A program made the position numbers and the translations under genes. The notes beneath the pieces are model-generated. The model was not told the DNA's origin, made no database searches, and worked only from the letters and a program-made list of their open reading frames with translations. Shown here piece after piece: positions 9,951 through 18,387 of a stretch of 35,549 nucleotides of DNA (position 1 is its first letter; each line of letters begins with the position of its first letter). The stretch spans positions 1-35,549 of the IMG/VR virus record IMGVR_UViG_3300048121_001863; one strand, written 5' to 3'. This stretch comes from a virus (lineage: Duplodnaviria; Caudoviricetes).

Positions 9951-11066
9951 ATGGCTAAAAATTTAAAAACTTTAATCAACTTAGCGCCTAGCAAAGCAGA
10001 ACCCATTACTGGATCTGTACAGTGGTTTCATCAGCAAATGACCAATAACGGTTGTGCTTGGATGTGTGGTCAACATGGTAATGCAGACAACGGTGGTGGA
10101 GGTAGGGCAGACTGGGTAGTTCCAGCTGGAGTAACAACAGCCACTTTCCACCTTTGGGGAGCCGGTGGCAGTGGTGCTGCAGGGTATTGTTGTACACAAG
10201 GTATTAACGGTGCTTCCGGAGCATATGCAAAGAAAAAGATAAGCGTATCAGCTGGACAAAGATTTGTCTTATGTACAGGAAGCGTGGGTGAAAGAAACTG
10301 TATTAATTCCGGAGTTAATCGCTGCTGGGATGCATGCGCGCAGGCCACACCCGCACCAATAACACCTGCTGATGATACAGGTGGTTGGGATCCAAGTGGC
10401 GCAGCTTGTTCAGTTATAGGCGGTTGTAGAGGTAGTAAGGTTTATGTTCTCGGACCAAACCTAACAAACCTCTGCGCTGAAGGCGGCGCGGGCGGTATTG
10501 GTGCGTGGCGTGGATTAATGGACGATTTTCCGCGGGAACAAAGGCCAGGGCCTAGTGGTCAAAACGGCGGTAAGGGCCAATGCCATTGCTGTAACTCATA
10601 TGTTTGTGCATGTGACTACTTAGGTAGGGATCCAGATGATAGTGACGGTTCTAGATTTAGAGCAGCTTGCTATTATGGAGCAGATTACGGTGCTAGAGGA
10701 CTTTTTGCAAAAGGTAAACATAGCTGTTGCGGACGATTCAATCAGAGTAATTGTTATCATGCTGGCTATATTAATTATTTAAGTTTTCCTGCAGGCAAAT
10801 GGTGGATGGGCAATACTATTTCAACTGGATGGGGGTTTTGGGCAGGTTCTCATGCACAGAACTGTACGGATAATGACTGGGGTTCTTTTGGTCCACATGG
10901 TACCGCAAGACGACAGCATACAGCAGGCAATGTTATAGCAAATAATAACTTTGATAACGGCCACATGATGATGGGTGTAGGTGGTCTTACAGCTTGGACT
11001 TGCGGTGGAACATGCTGCTGTGGTGGTTCAGGCGGTGGTGGTGCCATTGTCGTTAATTACGAATAG
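9951..11066 (+). CDS. Cys/Gly-rich adhesin-like protein, type C copy 1
   Basis: MAKNLK N-terminus; WVVPAGVTTATFHLWGAGGSG; GVGGLTAWTCGGTCCCGG end; 25 Cys in 371 aa. Confidence 0.75.
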   Translation: MAKNLKTLINLAPSKAEPITGSVQWFHQQMTNNGCAWMCGQHGNADNGGGGRADWVVPAGVTTATFHLWGAGGSGAAGYCCTQGINGASGAYAKKKISVSAGQRFVLCTGSVGERNCINSGVNRCWDACAQATPAPITPADDTGGWDPSGAACSVIGGCRGSKVYVLGPNLTNLCAEGGAGGIGAWRGLMDDFPREQRPGPSGQNGGKGQCHCCNSYVCACDYLGRDPDDSDGSRFRAACYYGADYGARGLFAKGKHSCCGRFNQSNCYHAGYINYLSFPAGKWWMGNTISTGWGFWAGSHAQNCTDNDWGSFGPHGTARRQHTAGNVIANNNFDNGHMMMGVGGLTAWTCGGTCCCGGSGGGGAIVVNYE

Positions 11067-11077
11067 GATAAAAAAAT

Positions 11078-12001
11078 ATGGCTAAGAATATAACAACATT
11101 CGTAAAAAGCATTGGCGCTAACAGAGTTTCTGCGCAGGTAAGAGAAATAACTCGCTGCTATTGGGATTTTGTACCTAGAAATACATTTCACGATGACCGA
11201 TCATGCGTTAACTTTCACCACGAACCTTTCTTCTGTGTACCATCTGGCATTTGTTGCATGAAATTTGAAATATGGGGAGCTGGTGGAAGACCTACAGGTG
11301 GATGTAATTGTATGCACTCTCCTCCATCAGGATCAGGCGCATATGCTACAAAAACGATCACTGTTACCCCATCAGAATGTTATAGAATACACGTAGGTTG
11401 GAATTACTGCTGTAGTCCACCACAAAACGGAAGTGACACAGTTTATTCTGACTATTGTAGCCAAACTAATAAACATACGTGGATTACAGGAACTGGCCTA
11501 GTAAACTTTTGTGCTGAACAAGGTTGTTCTGCTAGGTCGTGTTGTTGCAATACTGCGACGTGGGCAACTAATTGTGCTAAATATCAGAATGACAGCGATG
11601 GTGCTGGAGGTAGATTCTTTGGGGCAGATTTTGGTGTTAGAGGAAAAATTGGGTTCTTAGAATTAAGAGATTCATCTTCTGATCCAACAGATTATTTTAA
11701 TTATCGTCAGTGGATTCCTTTTCCCGGAGGCATGATTAATAAATATGGTGGTCATATGATGGCTGGCCTGTATCACGATGGTATGGATAATGTATGTTGT
11801 ACAAACGATCATGCGGATGGCCAGATGGGCAGGTTTTTTGGGCTTGAGCAGTCAAATCCTAGAGGTTCTGGAAGATACGCCGGATGGGGAATGGCAGGCG
11901 TGCCATTTTGTGGCGGTAGTCAAGCCTGTGGTGCCTACATGAATAGTGGAAGAGTTAGAATTAGCTATTCCTGCGCAAACACGTTTGTAGATGAGGATTA
12001 A
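11078..12001 (+). CDS. Cys/Gly-rich adhesin-like protein, type A copy 2
   Basis: MAKNITTFVKSIG; CVPSGI, WGAGG, PSGSGAYA, NFCAE motifs; 22 Cys in 307 aa. Confidence 0.75.
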   Translation: MAKNITTFVKSIGANRVSAQVREITRCYWDFVPRNTFHDDRSCVNFHHEPFFCVPSGICCMKFEIWGAGGRPTGGCNCMHSPPSGSGAYATKTITVTPSECYRIHVGWNYCCSPPQNGSDTVYSDYCSQTNKHTWITGTGLVNFCAEQGCSARSCCCNTATWATNCAKYQNDSDGAGGRFFGADFGVRGKIGFLELRDSSSDPTDYFNYRQWIPFPGGMINKYGGHMMAGLYHDGMDNVCCTNDHADGQMGRFFGLEQSNPRGSGRYAGWGMAGVPFCGGSQACGAYMNSGRVRISYSCANTFVDED

Positions 12002-12006
12002 TAGAT

Positions 12007-13092
12007 ATGGCTAAAAATATAACAAACTTTATTCCTGGCCTGTTCACGGCAAGTACCTCACTAACGTACAAAGAGATTAGGTATAAAAGTGGCCATGGCG
12101 AAGACAGAAATGGTTGCTGTGGCGCGCAAGAATATGGTTCTTATTTACACTACGTAGATAGAGATCATACTCCTTGTCATGAATCCAATAATCGCCGCGT
12201 CATGAAAAAAACAGTTAACAAAACCTTTGGAACTGAGATATTTTTTATGACATCTTCTGGTTCTACCGGGGGTGGATGCTGTTGCGCCGGAAGTGCTGCA
12301 GGGAGATCTGGACATTCATTTAAGATAAGCCCTAGGTGGAGTAACAACGAAAACGACAGTGATGGACTTCGACTGTGTATTCCTCAATCTAATGGCTGTT
12401 GCTATCCTGATCTAAACGCTGGAGCCTGTAGTAGGCCTTTCTATATATGTGTAGGCGGAGGTAGCGGCGTTATAACGGGCACTCATCCAGTTACAGGCAC
12501 CGGCACTTCAGGTCAGCCAGGAGTTTTTTGTGGAAGAATGGATGGAGCATGTGGCGCTTCAGGAACTTGCAACTGGCAATTCCAGAACTGCTGTAACTAT
12601 GGGGCGCTTAATAGCGATGGAGGGTTTAGACACCCTTGCTGTACTATACCGGACACCGGTATAACTAGTTGCTATACAACCAATAAGACTGCTGATGAAT
12701 TACCATTTGCTGCTTGTGACGCTGGTTATGATTGTTGCCGATGCGCCATGGTTGTAGGTGGAAGCTTTGAAGCTGGAAGCTGTATTAATCGGGCTGACAG
12801 CGGAATGTGCGGTAGAATAAACTTTTCAGGTTCTTCAATATATAAGAGCCAGCTATTTAGATCTGGCATGGTTAGCGCGCACTCTCATACGATATGCGAA
12901 ATGCAAATGGGCGGTTTTGTACATAGATGTAATCAAAGTTGTTTATATGGCTTTAATAATAATACTACAAACTACTGGGGAGCAGGCCTGGCTACAGCTG
13001 GAGGCTATGCTTGCGGTGGGCCTTGCTGCTGCGGTGGACCTGCTGCAGGTGGCGTAGTCAGGATAATTTATGATGACGGAAATCCGGAATAG
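12007..13092 (+). CDS. Cys/Gly-rich adhesin-like protein, type B copy 2
   Basis: MAKNITNFIPGL; CIPQSNGCC (compare CTPNGGCC in copy 1); CGGPCCCGG end; 32 Cys in 361 aa. Confidence 0.75.
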   Translation: MAKNITNFIPGLFTASTSLTYKEIRYKSGHGEDRNGCCGAQEYGSYLHYVDRDHTPCHESNNRRVMKKTVNKTFGTEIFFMTSSGSTGGGCCCAGSAAGRSGHSFKISPRWSNNENDSDGLRLCIPQSNGCCYPDLNAGACSRPFYICVGGGSGVITGTHPVTGTGTSGQPGVFCGRMDGACGASGTCNWQFQNCCNYGALNSDGGFRHPCCTIPDTGITSCYTTNKTADELPFAACDAGYDCCRCAMVVGGSFEAGSCINRADSGMCGRINFSGSSIYKSQLFRSGMVSAHSHTICEMQMGGFVHRCNQSCLYGFNNNTTNYWGAGLATAGGYACGGPCCCGGPAAGGVVRIIYDDGNPE

Positions 13093-13102
13093 GTAAAATA
13101 AC

Positions 13103-14170
13103 ATGGCTAAAAATTTAAATTCATTCTTAGGACAGTACAGCTCAGTAGTAGTGAATACTGATATAAAAGAAAACGAAAAATGCGACATATTCTGGTCTAT
13201 TCAAAGCGCAAGAGGTGCGCAAGGGATAACGCAATCTTTATGTGAAACCAATAATCAAACGCGCTTTGGAGGAGTTAACTCACCTGGCGTATTTAAATGG
13301 AATTGGATAGTTCCTGCAGGAGTAAATACCGCTACTTTTCACATTTGGGGTGGTGGCGGATCCGGCGCGCCTGCGCACTGTTGTATGAGTGGAGTCCCTG
13401 GTGGATCTGGTGCATATGCTTTTAAGACAGTTAATGTTACGCCAGGAGAATGCTATACCGCATGTTATGAAGGCGCGGAGAGATATTGTTGTACAAATGT
13501 AGATTCACAAGCATCTGCCACTCAGGATAACGCATGCCCCTGGTTAATGTATGGTCTAAGAGGTATGAAAACATATGTTAATGGAACAGGTTTAACAAAC
13601 TTTTGCGCTGAAGGTGGTAATCCTGGAGTTACTCGATGCGGATGGTCTTGGGGACAAGATCCACAAAATGATCCAACTAATCCGTTCCCCGGAAGCGATT
13701 GCTGTCAGATGTGGAAAATATGTCATATAACAAGACGCAGAACCATTGACAGTGATAACGACAGATACGCTGTAGGAAAATACTATGGAGCCGATGGCGG
13801 GGCAAGAGGCATGTATGGATGTCATAGCATCAGCTGCTGCAACAGTCGTGATATGGATGCAAGCCGCTGTGGCGATAGAGAAGTAGTACCATATCCCGGA
13901 GGACTTACTCCAAATACATGGGCGCCGTTTGGCGATATGGAATTGGCTTCTATTAATGGAGGAGTAGTACATCTTCAGCAGTGCGGTGTAATTGCAGGCG
14001 TGCACGGGAGCTATCAGCAGCATAATCTTTCAAATATTTTAGGTTATATGTGCTCGGAGCACATGGGTGGAAAAATTGGTGTAGGTGGTTTGTCCGCCCA
14101 CACATGCGGTGGTACCTGTTGTTGCGGTGCACCAGGTGGTATACCATATTTAAGAATTGAATATAGCTAA
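13103..14170 (+). CDS. Cys/Gly-rich adhesin-like protein, type C copy 2
   Basis: MAKNLN; WIVPAGVNTATFHIWGGGGSG; GVGGLSAHTCGGTCCCG end; 24 Cys in 355 aa. Confidence 0.75.
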   Translation: MAKNLNSFLGQYSSVVVNTDIKENEKCDIFWSIQSARGAQGITQSLCETNNQTRFGGVNSPGVFKWNWIVPAGVNTATFHIWGGGGSGAPAHCCMSGVPGGSGAYAFKTVNVTPGECYTACYEGAERYCCTNVDSQASATQDNACPWLMYGLRGMKTYVNGTGLTNFCAEGGNPGVTRCGWSWGQDPQNDPTNPFPGSDCCQMWKICHITRRRTIDSDNDRYAVGKYYGADGGARGMYGCHSISCCNSRDMDASRCGDREVVPYPGGLTPNTWAPFGDMELASINGGVVHLQQCGVIAGVHGSYQQHNLSNILGYMCSEHMGGKIGVGGLSAHTCGGTCCCGAPGGIPYLRIEYS

Positions 14171-14182
14171 TAAGGAAACAAA

Positions 14183-14863
14183 ATGTCAAAAGTAACAAAG
14201 ACCTTTACATTTAAGGTCCCTGATGACTATACGCTACAAGAGGCAGCAAATGATTCCTCAGTTAGCTTTACTTATCACGGGCCTCATTACTTAAAGGTAG
14301 AATTAAAACCAGATAATAAAATTTCGTCTGTCGAAGATACAACATTAGAACTATGGACAGAAGAAAACGCTCAAAATGATAATACAAATGCCGTATTAGT
14401 AAACGCAGTGGCTCAACCGCTAGAAGCGTCTATTATGTGGGCAATGAAAGATTCTGATATTGCAGATCTACCACAAAGAGTAAAGACTGGTCCGGATGGA
14501 GCACAATATTCTAATCCATGGCCGCTGCCTCCGCATAAGGCTTATGAAAAGTGGGATATGGCCTGGGATCAAAGTACTATGTCTTGGTCTAAACCGTGGC
14601 ATAAGCCATGGATAACTTGGAATGATATAGACGCACAAGCGAATGCGGTTGCGGCTAAAGCTTCAGCATGGTTAGATGCAGATTCAGCCGGAGATAGCGA
14701 TCTAACAGCGGCTTGGACTACAATCAGAGATGAAGCTGCTGGTAAAGTTAATGCCTGGTCATCTGCAGGATTTATGCCTCACGAAGTTGTATTTAGATTA
14801 ACTCCGGAAGATTCTGATACTCAAGTTGAGCTTGCTAATAGACCTGATCCCGATTCAGCATAA
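14183..14863 (+). CDS. Putative tail fibre assembly chaperone-like protein (226 aa)
   Basis: AAGGA RBS; closes the fibre-tip operon. The C-terminal W..I......L..D....W...R......V.F..P pattern resembles a degenerate phage tail-assembly chaperone domain. Confidence 0.55.
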   Translation: MSKVTKTFTFKVPDDYTLQEAANDSSVSFTYHGPHYLKVELKPDNKISSVEDTTLELWTEENAQNDNTNAVLVNAVAQPLEASIMWAMKDSDIADLPQRVKTGPDGAQYSNPWPLPPHKAYEKWDMAWDQSTMSWSKPWHKPWITWNDIDAQANAVAAKASAWLDADSAGDSDLTAAWTTIRDEAAGKVNAWSSAGFMPHEVVFRLTPEDSDTQVELANRPDPDSA

Positions 14864-14882
14864 TAGGCAGATAAAAAAATAA

Positions 14883-14907
14883 AGAGAGCCTCGAGAAGGG
14901 GCTCTCT
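14883..14907. terminator. Stem-loop after the fibre operon
   Basis: AGAGAGCC-TCGAGAAGG-GGCTCTCT. The A-tract lies 5' of the stem, so the U-tail is on the minus strand; the + strand has no U-tail. Confidence 0.55.
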
Positions 14908-14978
14908 AAAACACGTATATATAAACTACATGATGATTATTAATCATTATTTTATAATTTATTCTTGTGAGGTGCTAA

Positions 14979-15932
14979 ATGACAAGATCAACAGCGTTCT
15001 TCGTGAACGGCGGAGCAGGCCGAATGGTATGCTCAATTCCAGCTTTCGAAAAATATGAAAAAGAAAATCCTGACGACGATTTTATTATCGTCTGTGAAGG
15101 TGGTATGGACATGTATAAAGGCCATCCCACGTTGCATCGTCGTGCCTTTGATAATTGGCACAAAGGATTATTTAATGATAAAATTAAAGATAGAAATTGC
15201 ATAACTACTGAACCCTATAGGGTTTGGGAATATTATAATCAACAGGCAAATCTTCCTGCAGCATTTGATATTCAAATCAATAATAAAGGTATAAGAGACT
15301 TACCTGATCCAGCTTTGTATTTAGGAATTGATGAGAAGATTCAAGGCCAAGATATTATTGACGAAGTAAGAGAAAAAACACAAAAACAAAAAGTAATTGT
15401 ATTTCAGCCATATGGCCGTGGTACTCAGCCTATGGGAACCAAAGGCCAACAACTTGTCGATGTTGGAGGTAGGTCTTTTTCAGATCAAGATGCCTTGAAG
15501 ATTATGAAGAAACTTCAAAGGAAGTATGCTATTGTGCTTATGTCAGAATTTGCGACTGATATGAGTAAATGGGGTTTAGCTGATCCGGTTGCTCAACCAG
15601 AAAATTGCCCTTTAAGAGTATGGGCTGCAGCAATCGACGCGGCGGACGGATTTTTAGGATGCGACTCTGTAGGTCAACACTTTGCGTATTCTCTAAAAAC
15701 CCCGGCGGTAACCGTTTTAGGTGCTACGTTCCAAGAGAATGTAAGTTACCCTGATAATGATATTTTTCAGGTATTAGATCTTGGACACGGTCGTAGAAGA
15801 TATGATCCTATTCGCATTTCTTTTGAAGAAGAGATTGGCAGATCTCATCAGGGCATTATGATGTTAGGTGATCAAGCCGTTGATGAAATATGTAAAGAAG
15901 TAGATACTATTGTCTCTAAAGGTATTAAATGA
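14979..15932 (+). CDS. GT-B glycosyltransferase, GT9/ADP-heptose heptosyltransferase-like
   Basis: GAGGT RBS. N-terminal GGAGRMVCSIPA (compare GT9 xxGDxxxxxP), VIVFQP, and FLGCDSVGQHFAYSLKTPAVTVLG matching the GT9 xDSGxxHxAxAxxxP motif. Confidence 0.7.
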   Translation: MTRSTAFFVNGGAGRMVCSIPAFEKYEKENPDDDFIIVCEGGMDMYKGHPTLHRRAFDNWHKGLFNDKIKDRNCITTEPYRVWEYYNQQANLPAAFDIQINNKGIRDLPDPALYLGIDEKIQGQDIIDEVREKTQKQKVIVFQPYGRGTQPMGTKGQQLVDVGGRSFSDQDALKIMKKLQRKYAIVLMSEFATDMSKWGLADPVAQPENCPLRVWAAAIDAADGFLGCDSVGQHFAYSLKTPAVTVLGATFQENVSYPDNDIFQVLDLGHGRRRYDPIRISFEEEIGRSHQGIMMLGDQAVDEICKEVDTIVSKGIK

Positions 15933-17758
15933 TGGAAAAAGATATTTGGATTGCAGGCATAGCTCGTGGACATAACGGAGGCGTATGTCTATTAAAAAAT
16001 GGAGAGATTGTTTTTTCTATAGAAGAAGAAAGACTTTCGCGAACTAAATACGATGGTGGACCTTACGCCGGTATTGTAAAAATTCTAGATTATACTAAAA
16101 AAATAGATTATCTTGTTATAGCACATACTCAGTCACTAGATGATACTGCTGGAAAAGTAGATTTTTCTAATGATGATGTGTATACTGGTTTGGCAAGAAA
16201 ACTAGGACTTATTGATAATAGCGGATCAAGGTGGGGAGCTAAACACCCACAAGTAATTGATATGTCTACTATGCATCATAAACTACATGCTGCAGCTGCG
16301 TTTTATAGATCGCCTTTTGATACTGCCGTAGCATTGATTGTTGATGGAGCTGGTTCTGTAATGCCTGTTTCTGAACCAAATTCTGGAGTAAGTTTAGCGT
16401 TATGGGAATATGAATCTATTATTGAATGTTCATATCCATCTGACTTCAAAACTCTGTATAAACATTTAGGTTGCAGAGATCCACTAGTCGGCGCAAAAAC
16501 TAAATTAGATAGTAGCTGGTTTGGTGAAGATGGCGAATATGAAGCAATGATTACAGATAGAGGTGGTATTACTAAAGCTTATGAAGCTGTTACAAGTTAC
16601 TGTGGATGGCAACCAATTGAAGCTGGTAAGACTATGGGGCTATTTCCATATGGAAATAAAAATCCTAATATGGAAAATCTCTATGATCCTAAAGCGCCAT
16701 TCCCTGGATCCTTTGATCGTAACATGTTTATACCTAACGTTCCTAATGGAGCATTTGTAAACGAAGGAATGTATCCTTTCTTTCAAGCCACACAGGATGA
16801 ATGGAATATAGCTAAAGGAGACCATACTAAACTTCAGCAAAGACGTGACATGGCATATGCTATTCAAACACAGTCTCAAGCAGAAATGGTTAAGTTAATC
16901 CGTAAAGCTGTGGAAATGTCTGGAAATAATAACGTAGTTATTTCAGGAGGATACGGTTTAAACTGTGTTGCAAATTATCACTATCTTGAAGAATTAAAAG
17001 ATGATGGAATTAATTTGTACGTTGAACCTATATCTAATGATGCTGGTACTGCTATGGGAGCTGCGCTAATGTATTGGCATGCTCGTACAGATGATCAGAC
17101 TAACAGAAATTTAGACTCACTATATCTTGGTCCTGATTATGGTTATTCAACCAAAGACATTGAATCTGCAGTAGATGACTTTAATGGCAAAATAACTATT
17201 AAAGATGCAAAAGATAAAGACATTGTTAAATTAATGACTGACAAAAACATTGTCACAGTATATCAAGGGCGCTCGGAAAACGGTCCTAGGGCTTTAGGAA
17301 ATCGTTCTATATTGTTCGATCCTACATTTGAAGACGGAAAAGATTACGTAAATCTTGTTAAAAACCGTGAATACTTTAGGCCTTTTGCTGGATCTATTCT
17401 AGCCGAAGATGTTCATGAATGGTTTGATCTTCGTGGTATGGATGAAACTCCTCACATGATGTATGCAGTAAACTGCCAACCTGGCATAGAGGAGAAAATT
17501 CCGGCTATTATTCACATTGACGGAACGTGCCGTATTCAAACAGTAACAGAAGAACAAAATCCTCTTTATTACCGTTTGATAAAAGAATTTAAAAAGAAAA
17601 CCGGTGTTCCAATTGTGTTTAATACTAGCTTTAACTTAGGAGGCGATCCATTAGTTGAAACAATCGAAGATGCTTTACAGACATTAGCTAACTCTGATAT
17701 TGAATACTTGTATTTACCAGAGCACGGAAAATTAGTAACGGTGTCAAACGATGATTAA
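15929..17758 (+). CDS. O-carbamoyltransferase, NodU/CmcH/TobZ family (full length)
   Basis: EEERLSRTK, HHKLHAAAAF, IVDGAG, GKTMGL, SGGYGLNCVAN, NDAGTAMGAA, ENGPRALGNRS, REYFRPFA, NTSFNLGG motifs; ATGA-coupled to the glycosyltransferase. Confidence 0.93.
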   Translation: MMEKDIWIAGIARGHNGGVCLLKNGEIVFSIEEERLSRTKYDGGPYAGIVKILDYTKKIDYLVIAHTQSLDDTAGKVDFSNDDVYTGLARKLGLIDNSGSRWGAKHPQVIDMSTMHHKLHAAAAFYRSPFDTAVALIVDGAGSVMPVSEPNSGVSLALWEYESIIECSYPSDFKTLYKHLGCRDPLVGAKTKLDSSWFGEDGEYEAMITDRGGITKAYEAVTSYCGWQPIEAGKTMGLFPYGNKNPNMENLYDPKAPFPGSFDRNMFIPNVPNGAFVNEGMYPFFQATQDEWNIAKGDHTKLQQRRDMAYAIQTQSQAEMVKLIRKAVEMSGNNNVVISGGYGLNCVANYHYLEELKDDGINLYVEPISNDAGTAMGAALMYWHARTDDQTNRNLDSLYLGPDYGYSTKDIESAVDDFNGKITIKDAKDKDIVKLMTDKNIVTVYQGRSENGPRALGNRSILFDPTFEDGKDYVNLVKNREYFRPFAGSILAEDVHEWFDLRGMDETPHMMYAVNCQPGIEEKIPAIIHIDGTCRIQTVTEEQNPLYYRLIKEFKKKTGVPIVFNTSFNLGGDPLVETIEDALQTLANSDIEYLYLPEHGKLVTVSNDD

Positions 17759-18341
17759 ATTTTTTAATCCCGAAAATAAACAATATGAATGTATTGTAGG
17801 TAATGCAATTTTACCAGAAAATCTTGCAAACTTTGAAAAATGGGTATCTGAAAATAGGAGTGAGGTTAAATCTGCTGAAGTAATTACAGACGTTGAAAAC
17901 GAAAATAATAAAAAGTCTATTCGTGATTCGGCAATTGCTTGGATACAACACGATGAATTGACATCAGGGTTTTATGATAATATAACAAGAGTAGCATTAG
18001 ATGTAAACAATCAAAAATTTAATTTTAATCTACAATATTTAGAAATGCTTCAATACGGAGAATATTCAGTAGATGGTCATTATGACTGGCATGCTGATGG
18101 TGTTTTAAGAAGTGATAATAATGACGCTAGAAAACTATCTTTTTCATTACTCATCTCGGATGACGATGAATATGAAGGTGGGGAACTAGAGTTTTACGGT
18201 CCCTCAGGAGTCTACAACTACAAACCTAAAAGGAATGAAGCTGTCTTCTTTCCATCATTTCTTCTTCACAGGGTAGCTCCTGTTACTAGTGGACTAAGAA
18301 AATCTGTGGTTGGTTGGATCCACGGACCTGATTTTGTGTAG
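17751..18341 (+). CDS. 2OG-Fe(II) oxygenase (prolyl-4-hydroxylase/PKHD-like)
   Basis: YDWHAD (HxD), RKLS, YEGGEL, FPSFLLHRVAPVTSGLRKSVVGW. Confidence 0.9.
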   Translation: MIKFFNPENKQYECIVGNAILPENLANFEKWVSENRSEVKSAEVITDVENENNKKSIRDSAIAWIQHDELTSGFYDNITRVALDVNNQKFNFNLQYLEMLQYGEYSVDGHYDWHADGVLRSDNNDARKLSFSLLISDDDEYEGGELEFYGPSGVYNYKPKRNEAVFFPSFLLHRVAPVTSGLRKSVVGWIHGPDFV

Positions 18342-18358
18342 CACCTCAAAATCAACTG

Positions 18359-18387
18359 GGCGGTCATTAATTTGACCGCCTTTTTTT
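18359..18387 (+). terminator. Rho-independent terminator
   Basis: GGCGGTCA-TTAATT-TGACCGCC followed by T7, between convergent genes. Confidence 0.88.

Noticed and set aside
7978-14170. Diversity-generating retroelement or invertase shufflon acting on the paralogues
   Set aside because: No reverse transcriptase or recombinase is in the window, all copies have their own starts in one orientation, and repeat mismatches are not adenine-specific.
7978-14170. Stop-codon recoding or selenocysteine explaining the Cys-rich genes
   Set aside because: All six ORFs are intact in the standard code, end in TAG/TAA and are tightly packed.
7978-18341. RiPP cluster (shared leader, Cys-rich cores, tailoring enzymes)
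   Set aside because: The proteins are 307-371 aa with a shared folded scaffold, and there is no peptidase, radical SAM, YcaO or transporter gene; the structural context fits better.
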